In this document: positions 22,023-32,121 of the stretch, piece by piece | Numbering within the stretch: the stretch's first letter is position 1 | How the letters are laid out: every line of letters begins with the position of its first letter | Virus record (IMG/VR): IMGVR_UViG_3300014613_000018 | Coordinates: 32,001-96,000 of that record | Strand: one strand, 5' to 3' | Length of the DNA: 64,000 nt | Source of the DNA: a virus | Notes under the pieces: generated by a model | The model's input: the letters and a program-made list of their open reading frames with translations, nothing else | Databases searched by the model: none | Told to the model about the DNA's origin: nothing | Program-made: the position numbers and the translations under genes

Positions 22023-23147
22023 TTACTCAGGTTCAGGCAGTCTCACAGGCATAAGTAAGGCTATTCTTTCAGTATCCTCATACAATACTGCTGTACTGCA
22101 ATCCTTAACCTTGAGTACCAGAGGATTATTGTCAACAAAGTTAGCAATATCCTGAAGCAAGCAAGCATTAAAAGCTATCTGCCCATTATAACTACCTGTT
22201 CCACATTCGGATTCCCATGACATGCTATCAGTGTTCTCACCATAGGCAGTAATTTTATCATTGTTATAAGCGAGAAGTATCTGATGTGTCGCAGGGTTAA
22301 TCAGCTTGATAGGAATGTTGTCTATTACTTTTCTGTCAAGGTTAATTACTTCCTGATTGTTTGCAGGTATAACCTTTTCATAGGGAGGATATGGCCCTTC
22401 AACTTTGCGTATACTAATCATCCAATCCTCACCGGAAAACTGGGTATAAGTAATGTCACCAGTAGTAATTTCACCAGTAGTAAGGTTAGTAACCTTTGTT
22501 AACAGGCTACCTATTGCCATTGGTGCATACTCTTTCCTATCATAGCTTTCACTTGCCTTAACAAGCTGTAGAAGTGGCTTGATTCCATTACCATCTATAA
22601 TGGTACTCTGATGGAACATTTCAGGTGCATTCTTAAATATCCCCATTACATGCCCATTAGTACCAACCAATTCAGACCTTTCCTTATTGTAGCATATTCC
22701 TGTAAGACTGGCTCTAATTTCATTCCTATCAGCTACAAAGGGCATCAATGAAACCAGCTTGTCAACTATTGCAGTAGTATGGTCTGTTCTTGTGTTGTCA
22801 GCAATCTCAGGCAATGAAGGATAGCTTTCCCGGCTGTCAGAAGGAAGATTAAAGATACCTATGGGAGTGTGTATGTTGAGTTTCTTATTGGCTACTGTAA
22901 GGCTGATTTCACTACCTTTAGGAGTAGCATCAATAGCCTTTACAAGTGAAGCATAGTCAACTACTGCCGTGAAATCATTACTGGTAAGGTCAATTACTTT
23001 TACTACAGTAGTAATGTCAAGGTCTGTAGTAGAGAATGTAGTCTCACAAGTGTTATTTTCAATCAGTACATGGCTCAATGAAGGTAGAGAAGTTTTAGGA
23101 GGCACATGCAGAGCCTTGAGTTTCTTAACCAGTGTTTCCTTGTTCAT
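22023..23147 (-). CDS. dnaN: DNA polymerase III beta sliding clamp homolog
   Basis: 374 aa; P.LSHVLI, TTDLDI, YPSLP, RASLTGI, VGTNGHVM, EGPYPPYEKVIP, IAFNACLL.D, C-terminal LLMPVRL. Confidence 0.9.
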   Translation of the reverse strand: MNKETLVKKLKALHVPPKTSLPSLSHVLIENNTCETTFSTTDLDITTVVKVIDLTSNDFTAVVDYASLVKAIDATPKGSEISLTVANKKLNIHTPIGIFNLPSDSRESYPSLPEIADNTRTDHTTAIVDKLVSLMPFVADRNEIRASLTGICYNKERSELVGTNGHVMGIFKNAPEMFHQSTIIDGNGIKPLLQLVKASESYDRKEYAPMAIGSLLTKVTNLTTGEITTGDITYTQFSGEDWMISIRKVEGPYPPYEKVIPANNQEVINLDRKVIDNIPIKLINPATHQILLAYNNDKITAYGENTDSMSWESECGTGSYNGQIAFNACLLQDIANFVDNNPLVLKVKDCSTAVLYEDTERIALLMPVRLPEPE

Positions 23148-23228
23148 TTTAGTTTCCTTTCAGTTTCAAGTTTAAGTAACCAGTCATAACAATTAGAATA
23201 TAGCTAATGAAAATCTAATTGTCAAGTG

Positions 23229-23585
23229 CTAGCTTTTAGCCTTTTCAATGGCTACTATGAAAGACCCACAACAATTATAACAGGAGTATCCTATCATGGT
23301 TTCATCCTCATAAGGTTCAAAATAGTCCCTTGAACCACCAACCAGATAGATACCTTCAATGTTCAAGTTATGGTTTCTATCATTAGCATTTTTGTTAGCA
23401 TTAAGTGAAATTGGAATATGCTTAATGAGAGTAAATTCAGCATCCTTGTTATAAGCACAGCCATCAATCATACCATCAAATTTAGATTTAACCTTAATGA
23501 ACAGTGGAGTTTTAGGATCATTTCTGTACTTGTTAACAAAGCTTTTGAAGGTAGCCTTTGTGGGTTTCTTTTTAAGTATTATCAT
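23229..23585 (-). CDS. conserved phage early hypothetical protein
   Basis: TKATFKSF, FDGMIDG, GIYLVGGSRDYF, YNCCGSF; own promoter. Confidence 0.65.
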   Translation of the reverse strand: MIILKKKPTKATFKSFVNKYRNDPKTPLFIKVKSKFDGMIDGCAYNKDAEFTLIKHIPISLNANKNANDRNHNLNIEGIYLVGGSRDYFEPYEDETMIGYSCYNCCGSFIVAIEKAKS

Positions 23586-23906
23586 TTCAATTTCCTTTCA
23601 AGTTTAAGTTTAGTATCAATTTCTACACAGGTAGTATAACAGGTTATTGCTAAATGTCAACCCCTAAGTTGAAAATTATCTAAATCGTTGAAACACTTGC
23701 ACTTGACATCTAAATTAGGCCACCACATACTCCAGTGTTGAAACAGGATCACAAAAACTAAAAGTGAAATTAGATATTCGGGAAAATCATGGCTAGATTA
23801 CAGCTAAATCCACAAAACTACTTTTAGTATTACAAAATGTTTCGTGAAACTCATATTCAGGTTAGCAATTAGATAAAAGGAGCATAGAATGATGATTGAA
23901 TTTTCC

Positions 23907-23940
23907 CGTGACGTATAGCAAATTTCCTCTTAGTCAAAAA
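23907..23940 (+). repeat. CGTGACGT-N14-CTTAGTCAAAAA, third copy
   Basis: Matches 18002..18035 including TTTCCT. Confidence 0.85.
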
Positions 23941-24357
23941 TTGATGTTTTTTAATTTCAAAAATTATTATTTAATGGTACTTTTTACAAGTGCATTACAT
24001 TATTTAGTCATTTCAAGTGACCTATTTTAACATTAAATAACTTGATAAATATTACTTTAATTGTTACTTAAACTAGCATTACAGTTATGTGTGTTCAATA
24101 ATAAGTCTTGTACAATAAAATTGAACATGCTAAAATAATGAACAAGTAGTATTAAATAATCAGTCTAATTAATTCTAACACTTACTATTAAGTTTATATT
24201 TTGTGGATAATTTAGGCCGTAATAATGTAGTTTTAATAGGTAAGTTAAGTAGTATACTGATTAGAGAAGTTCAACAGTTATTGAAAGTTAAATGTGAGAA
24301 TTTGAATAAAGAAAAGGACACCCCTTTAAGATGCCCTTTACTCCCTGTAAGATAGCC

Positions 24358-25347
24358 CTATTTAAGTGTACTCCCTTTATTGTTTAGTAATATTCTAATA
24401 TTTTTATTGTTAACTAGAACATTATTACTGACGGCATGGATAGCGTTACCTATATCTACATTAACTTTAGATTGTTGTGTAAGGAATTGTAAATAGGAAG
24501 TTCTTAAACCTATACAGAACAATGTTAATATTACTGTAGTAGTATAGAAGAACCATATAACTAGGGTTAATAGAATGTAGATTAACATTTAGTATCCTTC
24601 GCCTTCTGGATGTCGGCGAGAACTGATTCTGCTATTAGGGTAAAAGGATAGGCATCGCACCAATCAACTGAACTGATGTTTTGCCGACGAGCCTCACGAA
24701 ACAATTCGCACAAGTCGTTTAGGCTGCTCTCCATCCTCCCCACCATCTCGGCGGTTTTGCGGAGGCTGGCGTTTTCTTCTGCAACCAATGCTGCCTTTTC
24801 AAGTGCATCCTTCACTTCATCCAAGTCAGCAATTTTGATTGTTATAGTTGAACTAGCCATTATCCTTCTCCCCTTCCTGATGTGTCTGTCATGTGTGGTA
24901 GAATTTCGGGTTCTGGAGGAGAATACCACAACTTGACATATTCTCTGGGTTTACCTTGTATTTCTTGAATTGTTATCTCTCTGGAAAATTGGTAAGATGT
25001 GGCAAATGTTGACTGTGCCATTACTTCTCCCCTTCCTTTCCCTGCGGGGTGGCGAGGGCTTCATGCTTCCTCATCCATTCGGGCACACTATCACACTCCC
25101 CTGGTTGACCTATCTTGAGATAATGCAACAAAGCATCTCCAATACCACTGCGAGGATCGATCTTTCCTGATACAATCTGACAGGCACACACATACGCCAG
25201 TCTGTTGGCTCCTATCTTGTCAATGTCCCCCGCCCTCTCCTGTGCCGGGGTGAGGGGGGTAATTTTGCCTGACTTCATTCCACAGGCATATTGCGTCATA
25301 CCTATAACAGACGACAGCCACTCCGCATCCACCACCAGCTTACTCAT
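24358..25347 (-). CDS. hypothetical proteins at distal end of GC-rich island 2
   Basis: ORFs 24358..24588 (TM), 24582..24860, 25021..25347. Confidence 0.55.
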
Positions 25348-25564
25348 TATCGGCTCCCTTCTGCTTCATCATCTCTTCGTACTTGGCGCGGATTTCGGCG
25401 GGGTATGCAAACGCTAACCAACAATGGAAACATGTGTAGTATTCGTCCCCCTCTCGTGAAATCTCCATGTTGGGAGCCACGCATTTCTTAAACATATTGG
25501 GGCATGGCATAGAATCATCTTCAGCCAACTCCCTCGCCATTTCCTCCACGGTAGGTTTACTCAT
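25340..25564 (-). CDS. hypothetical protein, paralog of 908..1132
   Basis: Likely start MSKPTVEEMARELAE after GGAGGCCAGCC. Confidence 0.7.
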   Translation of the reverse strand: MSKPTVEEMARELAEDDSMPCPNMFKKCVAPNMEISREGDEYYTCFHCWLAFAYPAEIRAKYEEMMKQKGADNE

Positions 25565-25784
25565 GGCTGGCCTCCTCTTCCGTGGCTGGAGGGGCTTCCG
25601 GGGCATCCATCCACGGCTGACAGCCATGTATTTCGGACGGGCTTAGCTCTGTTTGGTATCCACACGCCTCGCAGTAGCACCCCCAATGCTGGACAAAATA
25701 GGTATGAATGCCCATTCGGAATGCAACCTCTCCACACTTGGGGCAGACATGTGAGGGGGCTGCAGGATTTCTGTCTCTCATCAT
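25557..25784 (-). CDS. small zinc-ribbon (Lar-like) protein
   Basis: CPKCG...CEACG; ends EEEASHE. Confidence 0.6.
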   Translation of the reverse strand: MMRDRNPAAPSHVCPKCGEVAFRMGIHTYFVQHWGCYCEACGYQTELSPSEIHGCQPWMDAPEAPPATEEEASHE

Positions 25785-26461
25785 TCACCTTCCTTCGTGG
25801 CTGGAGGGGTGAGGGCAGCAGCTACTATTGCCATGACTCGGTTGGTGTTTGCCATGTTTAGAACATTCTTGCCTAAACACACTCCATATATTCGGTCAAG
25901 TGCGTTTCTGGCCACACCGAGTTCCCCCTCCAACTCCCCGACCCGTTTGCGGAGGCGGTTATTCTTTTTTATGAGATTCCGTACCATTCCGTAGATAGTG
26001 TTATCTATGCCTTCTCCGGCGACAGCATCATCTAAGAGTTCCAAAATAGCTAGTGCTGTTTCTTGTGGGACATAGCTCTTCTCCAACTCCCCGACCCGCT
26101 TCCTGAGTGCGTCCTCGGTGGGGCGGTAACTCTGCCACTGTTCGACCAAATTTGCAACGGTATGGGCTATGGCCTCTACCACATATTCGTTATCAGCCTT
26201 ATGCTCGTCTGGAGTAAATTCTCCCACGAAGTATTGAGCCACATGAACCATCTCATGCACAATCACAAATAAGGGGCAAGAATCAATAGGTACAGACAAC
26301 CTGATAATGCCAATGTTGTGAGATATTTCATAATCTGGATTCAGCTCAAATTCAGCAAAGTTGCCTTTCTGCAACTTAACATTGTCAACAACAGAGACAA
26401 ACAATGGTGCTTGTTCTCCTGCTGGAAACAATCTAAACGGGCACTTCCTCTTCTCACTCAT
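25781..26461 (-). CDS. chimeric protein: Lar-like ends, HExxH core, repeated LRKRVGELE
   Basis: MSEKRKCPF...VHEMVH...EAIAH...RPTEDALRKRVGELE x2...LTPPAT. Confidence 0.6.
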   Translation of the reverse strand: MSEKRKCPFRLFPAGEQAPLFVSVVDNVKLQKGNFAEFELNPDYEISHNIGIIRLSVPIDSCPLFVIVHEMVHVAQYFVGEFTPDEHKADNEYVVEAIAHTVANLVEQWQSYRPTEDALRKRVGELEKSYVPQETALAILELLDDAVAGEGIDNTIYGMVRNLIKKNNRLRKRVGELEGELGVARNALDRIYGVCLGKNVLNMANTNRVMAIVAAALTPPATKEGE

Positions 26462-26819
26462 TATCGGCCTCCCCGTCGTGTACGGAGCCGTATTCAATTC
26501 TTTCCGACACAAAGGTTCCAACTTCGGAATGATGCAGAATCAGACTATCACCATCCGCCGTATAGAACTCACGCCAGTACATTGTTTGTGGGCTGTAAAT
26601 TATGCCTGCACCATAGACAGATGCAGTCCACTCAAGAACAATCATGCCATCTGTATAGCTGACTCCAATGCACTCCATGTGCTGATAATTGAGCCTTGTA
26701 TCTATTAAGCGAATTGTGGTACCATTCTGCATTGTCATGGTCTGGCCTGGTTCAACTTCAACTTGGTTAGCTATGTAGCTTTTGGGTATCAATGCCAGAA
26801 GTATCAATATCAAATTCAT
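26454..26819 (-). CDS. exported hypothetical protein
   Basis: Likely start MNLILILLAL after GAGGAATTGAA; bracketed by a 21-bp direct repeat. Confidence 0.55.
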   Translation of the reverse strand: MNLILILLALIPKSYIANQVEVEPGQTMTMQNGTTIRLIDTRLNYQHMECIGVSYTDGMIVLEWTASVYGAGIIYSPQTMYWREFYTADGDSLILHHSEVGTFVSERIEYGSVHDGEADNE

Positions 26820-26855
26820 TTCAATTCCTCTCTTCCCCATCGTGTACGGAGCCGT
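26471..26855. repeat. 21-bp direct repeat CCCC(G/A)TCGTGTACGGAGCCGT
   Basis: Copies 26471..26491 and 26835..26855, one mismatch. Confidence 0.85.
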
Positions 26856-26919
26856 TTTCTTCTTCACACTCTACCATATCATCTTTCCTTTCTATTCAAG
26901 TTTTCTTAACTACCTTTGT

Positions 26920-27070
26920 AATATACACCTTTAATTTTCATTGTCAAGTGTCTAGGATTCCTTGATTGTTCCTCCTCAGTCTTCAAGTAATATATCACTA
27001 ATCTTCACAGTGTCAATAGTGGAGATTGAAATAGCTCCTACTTGACAATCGTACAGTGTTGTTATATAAT
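26920..27070. promoter_or_regulatory. divergent promoter cluster (two - strand, one + strand)
   Basis: TGTCAA at ~26942 and ~27011 with AATATA boxes; TTGACA(27042)-17-TATAAT. Confidence 0.8.
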
Positions 27071-27108
27071 AGCTAAGTAGTAATTCTTAACATTGAAAGG
27101 AGAATCTA

Positions 27109-28130
27109 ATGAATGAAGAAAAGTTTGTACCTACTACCTTAAAGGAATTTAGAATAGGTGCAATTGTAATGTGTGATTTTGGTAATTATCATAGACCTGA
27201 GTTAAGGGTAGGTAAAATTATCAATGAAACTAAAACTCTATGGAAAGTAGAGTTTAAGACTGGTGTATCTAGTTTTGATAAGGTTTCTGGTAGGCTTAAA
27301 GAAGTTCATTGGAATACCCCTTGGTTGGAACCTTATAATGAAGATAAAGTAATTGAACAGAAGAGGCTAAACATGCTAAGTAATTTGAAGTACAAATTGT
27401 CACAAGGTGAGTTTAACAAGTTAAGTAGTAAAGCCTTAAAGGATATTTGGAGAATCATTTATATTGATCTTGAAATTGTAGGGAAGGATGAAGAATGATT
27501 GCTGGCATTCTAGCTTACCTCATTACTGCCTGTGGAATTGCAGCATTTTTCTTCATGTGGATATGGTATGTTACTAAAGAAGAATGGTGTGTAATAGCAT
27601 CCTTATACAGCTTGATTATAGGTGCTGTAGTAATGATATTCTCAATGGTAGTATAATGAGTGTGTTAGTACCTAATCCAATTCTACACACATTGAAAGTA
27701 AAAGCATTTTTGTATGATGCTACTATTTACCCTATCGTTGAAAAGTATGATACTATTGTTGCAGGATTAACATTAGCAGTAATAGTATTGTTTGTAATTG
27801 CAGTAATTTTTATTATACTGTACAAGCAACAAGTAAGTATAACTAAATTTTATAAGGAATGCTTAAATGAAAACTTTGGTTGGTGGAAATGGTAAAGTAT
27901 AGTTTACATTAAGTGGTTTAGTGTACAGAATACTTAACATTAAATGAAAGGAAGCTGAAATGAAAGCCCTGAGTAGATTGTCAATTTTTACAGGTAATTT
28001 TGTAGTCTTAGGAGGTATACTTCAAGGATTACAGAAGGTACAATGGATAGCGAGTTTGAATGTGATACTTTGGATACTGATAGGCGTAATAATGATGGCT
28101 GTAGGTGCAATAGTAATATCTCACGAATAG
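27109..28130 (+). CDS. inverted mini-operon: one soluble and three small membrane proteins
   Basis: 27109..27498, ~27495..27656, ~27656..27895, 27960..28130; the last three are hydrophobic. Confidence 0.6.
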
Positions 28131-28145
28131 TTTGAAGGTTAAATA

Positions 28146-28179
28146 AAAACCCTCCGAGATTAATTTCAAGGAGGGTTTT
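28146..28179. terminator. bidirectional terminator
   Basis: AAAACCCTCC/GGAGGGTTTT between convergent genes. Confidence 0.8.
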
Positions 28180-28192
28180 CTGTTAGTGTATA

Positions 28193-30020
28193 TTAAGATG
28201 AAGGATAAGCAAGGTCAAACAGAATACTCAATATAGGTTCAGGATGAAATGCTTCTTGTCTAGGTATAAGTACTGCACTTGGGTTAAGTTTACTATTCTT
28301 AAGTACTTGGTTATAAGTAGTATGCTCACTTTCATTAAACCTATGATACAAAGCCTGTAATTCCTCTTTACTTTCAATTACAATTCTCAATTCAATAGGC
28401 TTAAAGTCTATTTCCTCATTAACAATATTACATTTCATTTTCTCACCTTTCATTTTAAGTGTAAGAGAAGAGCAAGACATTACATCTTACTCTTCTCAAT
28501 ATTTACTTACTCTTATACTCTACTTTGATACTACCATCAGAATAGGTAGTAATGATTGATACTATTCTCTTGCTACACACTACCAAACCTTTCCGTTCTT
28601 GTATATTTCTAATGTAAACTCCAAGCTGACCTCTTGACATTAATGTTACATTAGGAAGTGGTTCATCTGGATACCTTTGACACAGGTTTCTAATCAAGTT
28701 AATCTGTTCAGAAGTAGGGCAGTCTGAGTGTGCCATTACATTTCCCTTCAGATTAGTGTTTCCGCTTCAAGTATCTAACATTACTGGGGGAAGTACCTAC
28801 AATGTAATGTGTATCATTATAACTGACTATACACTCATCATTCTTCATAGGCTTATCACCAAATGCCATAAGATACATTGGTTGGCTATTCTTAGGATTA
28901 GTAAACCTTGCCCATATAATCTGTGCTTTAATTAGATCATACAAATCCTTTAACGATATATCATAGGCAACCATGTAGTACTCATAAGGATGGAATGATT
29001 CAGCATTGTCTACTGCTTTCCACACTTCCAAAAATTGACCACCAATAGGATGCTCAATCATGTGGTAACATTCACATATTTGATAGTTGTCAGTGTTTTG
29101 TATTTCTTCGAGCAGTACAGGTGGTTTATAAGTGTTTGATTTAATGGTAGTAATACCATCTCTCTGTTTGAAGATACAAGGCTGAGCGATATTGTACCTA
29201 TGATTCATGTTAATTTTCCTTTAAGTTAGTGTTAAAATCCATAATCTTTCAATTTACCATCTCGTATCAAGGGGTTATCTCCAAAGGTTCCTACCAGTAT
29301 AAATTTAGGCTTATTTACTCCTTTCAACTGGTCAATGTGAGTGAGGTAACTGTAAGTACCCTTATGATGTTCACAGTAATGCTTGTACTCTGTGTAAGTA
29401 CCTGTTACAATGAATGTTTGTTTAACCACTGTTACCCTTTCGTTTTTCTAGTGTTACCTCTAAATGGAAACAGAGGACACAGGTTATTATTACATTCTTT
29501 TACATTACCTTCCCAACCTAAGCATTCCACACAGAACACTTTAATGGCTAAACTTCTAGTATAATTTTTTATTGTTATGTTAGCATCATTGAAAGTCCTG
29601 ACAGTATGTGTAATAGGCCCCTTTCTTTTAGCATTCTTTTTACCTTCAGCAAGTTTAGCAAGATGTTCTTCAGTTAGTTTCATTTTACACCTGTTCCATC
29701 TCAGCTAAGTTCAAGAACTTTTCTATAGTATCATAAGCTCCTCCTCCTTCACTGTAGTAACCATTATGAGATTTATTTTTAGTTTCGTTTCCGAAAGTTA
29801 AGAATTGATGAATTGCACTTCTAACATTGCCGGGAATATTTTTGGAAGTTTCAATATTCTGTTGAAGAATAGCCTTTTGATTAAAGCACACCTTACAAAC
29901 TCGTCTATGCTTCCCTCCACAGAACATCTTTTTACAAAGAATACAAGTACAAAGATATTGACCGTTTTCTTGATCAAAATCCTCAGACCAATCTCGGTCA
30001 CTAAATCTAAAGCCTTTCAT
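28193..30020 (-). CDS. six small hypothetical proteins including Cys-rich 29432..29683
   Basis: 29432..29683 has AIKxFCxEC...ECxxxxCPLFPFR zinc-binding pattern. Confidence 0.55.
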
Positions 30021-30021
30021 T

Positions 30022-31056
30022 TTACACCCTTTCCAATTCTACAAGCATCATTTCTCTAACCTTAAATGAGATGTACTTGTTTATATCTTTAGGAATTAGA
30101 TTGTTTTCAACTAATGTGTCCATTTCTTCCTCTACTATATCTTTAATAACCCACCTTATTACATCTCCCATTTTAGTAATACTTAAATCCCCTTCTCCAA
30201 ATACTTCTTGAATAGCTTGCTGCAATCTATTTTCTGTTACAGCATATTCAACAAATGCTTGAATTGAAGTTATTTTTTCAGTATCTACTTTAGCCAGTGT
30301 TTTCACTCTAGTTACAGAATGCTTTTCACCTTTCACTTTGAACCTAAGGTTACTACCCTCATAATAAGCAGACCATACCACACCTTCACCCACACCATTT
30401 TCGATTCCTAAAGCCCTAGCAACAGGACACTCCTTTTCTACCTTCTCGGTGATTTCAATAAACTTGTTTTGTGCAAGTTGAGGGTTATTAAAGTCTACAT
30501 CTACAGAGTATGTTTCAAAGTCTTCCACATTATAGATTCTATATGAGGGGCAATGTAATTTACTAGAATCAATCCAGTAACTAACAAACTCTTCATCGTT
30601 AAGATTAGAAACTTTCACACCAAAGATAAAGAATGATTTCTCTACTTGTGAAATTCCAACGCCCTTCTGAATACCCTTACCTGCCCACTCACCATAAATT
30701 GTAGTGGTGTAAATGCTAGGATCAATATTCTCTTTAAAAATAATTGCATTAAGCATAGTCTGGAAGATGTTTTTATGTGACTCCACAAAGAAGGCAAATC
30801 CTGCATTATCATGCTCCATAGTAATAATGTTCTGACGAGATTGAATCCAGAATCCATCAGTAGTATTATAACTGACTCCAGCATTAGTACCATGTAGTTT
30901 AACAGTACCCTTAAATGTGATAATAGGTTTAGGAGCATTAGGATTATATGTAGGCTTACCACTTGTATCTAATCCTATAAAAGTTGCACCTTGAATAACT
31001 GTTTTAATAATACTTCTAAATTGATCAATTTTAGGATACTTAATATGCTTCTTCAT
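30022..31056 (-). CDS. RNA ligase, Rnl2-like
   Basis: Nucleotidyltransferase motifs KLHGTN, QSR, YGEW, GEGVV, FKVK. Confidence 0.85.
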   Translation of the reverse strand: MKKHIKYPKIDQFRSIIKTVIQGATFIGLDTSGKPTYNPNAPKPIITFKGTVKLHGTNAGVSYNTTDGFWIQSRQNIITMEHDNAGFAFFVESHKNIFQTMLNAIIFKENIDPSIYTTTIYGEWAGKGIQKGVGISQVEKSFFIFGVKVSNLNDEEFVSYWIDSSKLHCPSYRIYNVEDFETYSVDVDFNNPQLAQNKFIEITEKVEKECPVARALGIENGVGEGVVWSAYYEGSNLRFKVKGEKHSVTRVKTLAKVDTEKITSIQAFVEYAVTENRLQQAIQEVFGEGDLSITKMGDVIRWVIKDIVEEEMDTLVENNLIPKDINKYISFKVREMMLVELERV

Positions 31057-31079
31057 TTCAATTTCCTTTCAAGTTTCAT

Positions 31080-31436
31080 TTAGAGGATGTTAATTTCTAC
31101 TTTTTTAATATCCCCACCGGAACCCCACTGCCAGAATTTAGGAAGTTCTACTGCCTTATTAATAACATCTTTGAGTGTGCCTGTAAATATTCCAAGTTGA
31201 GGCATGTAGTGTGACCCACCTAAATCACAATTAGAGTCTTCACCTGTAACTTCCCAAGTACCATACTCATCTATGGTGTGCATTTTTAGTAAAGCCTTGC
31301 CTCTGTAACCTTTAATAAACTTTCTAGCATTACTAGAGGTAAAAGTGTGTTGCTCATTCTCATATCGTTTAGCTTCCAGTTCAGTAGGAAACTCTGTACC
31401 ATCTGAAGTAACATAAGTAATTTTCTGAGTAATCAT
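31080..31436 (-). CDS. conserved phage hypothetical protein
   Basis: YxxxDGTEF.TE.EA; GEDSNCDLGG; FWQWG.GG. Confidence 0.6.
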   Translation of the reverse strand: MITQKITYVTSDGTEFPTELEAKRYENEQHTFTSSNARKFIKGYRGKALLKMHTIDEYGTWEVTGEDSNCDLGGSHYMPQLGIFTGTLKDVINKAVELPKFWQWGSGGDIKKVEINIL

Positions 31437-31508
31437 TTCAATTTCCTTTCAAGTTTCAGTATCAGCACTATTACTGATGCTAGAATATAAGTGTTATGAT
31501 TAGAGTTG

Positions 31509-31901
31509 TCAATAGGTGATTATTTTACCATATTTCACAGCCCAATCATCAGCATTTACAATTTCTATATACTGAACAGGGACAAACACATTGTTTCTAA
31601 TAACATAACAACTTATTCCATTAGAAATTGCTTCAGATACTTCAGCAAAAACACCTTTACCTACATGATTTTGATATTCAGATGCTACAACTATTTTACT
31701 TTTTCTAACAAATTGTAAGCAGCCTTTCATTATCTGCGACCCTGAACTATTAGCCCAAGATTTAGGTCTACTTTTGTTAGGACAAAAGAACTTATATTTA
31801 CTGAAATGTTCTTTGATAAGTTTTGTTTCTTCTGCTTCTCTCTTAGAGTTGTATATCCTCATTGAGTGAGCATAGTAAAGTTGCTGTTTAAACCAAGTCA
31901 T
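31509..31901 (-). CDS. nucleoside deoxyribosyltransferase-like (NDT-fold) protein
   Basis: YYAHS...CPN...VGKGVFAEVSEA. Confidence 0.55.
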   Translation of the reverse strand: MTWFKQQLYYAHSMRIYNSKREAEETKLIKEHFSKYKFFCPNKSRPKSWANSSGSQIMKGCLQFVRKSKIVVASEYQNHVGKGVFAEVSEAISNGISCYVIRNNVFVPVQYIEIVNADDWAVKYGKIITY

Positions 31902-31976
31902 TTTGTTTTCCTTAAAGGTAAGGGTTTATTGATACTGAAGTATAATGTATTTAGGAAGGCTTGTCAAGTGGTAAAT

Positions 31977-32014
31977 GAAAAGAGAGAGAGAATGTAAAGT
32001 AATCCCCCTCTCTA
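31977..32014 (-). terminator. terminator after tRNAs
   Basis: AGAGAGGGGGA/TCTCTCTCTCT-TTTC on - strand. Confidence 0.7.
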
Positions 32015-32018
32015 ATGT

Positions 32019-32092
32019 TGGCTGGGGCTAGAAGAATCAAACTCCTGTGACAAGGGCCAAATCCTTGCGTTCTATCACTGAACTAAGCCCCT
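32019..32092 (-). tRNA. tRNA-Gln(TTG), atypical
   Basis: Cloverleaf GGGGCT/AGCCCC, anticodon arm CAAGG-ATTTGGC-CCTTG, G73, encoded CCA; A1.A72 mismatch, T loop TTTGATT. Confidence 0.75.
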
Positions 32093-32121
32093 ATTAAACT
32101 TTACTAACGGTTACAAGAAGA

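Larger units (their letters stand above)
18835..23660 (-). promoter_or_regulatory. seven repeated sigma70 promoter/leader cassettes
   Basis: TTGACA-16/17-TA(T)AAT-like boxes with -35 at 18902, 19364, 20212, 21459, 21982, 23225, 23660; identical 20-mer TGTTAGGAAAACTCTAAATT at 18849, 19312, 20159. Confidence 0.9.

Noticed and set aside
24202-24210. Perfect DnaA box as origin
   Set aside because: Single copy; a 9-mer can occur by chance in 64 kb of AT-rich DNA.
555-26120. Diversity-generating retroelement as the source of the island repeats
   Set aside because: No reverse transcriptase in the window; differences are block replacements rather than adenine-specific substitutions.
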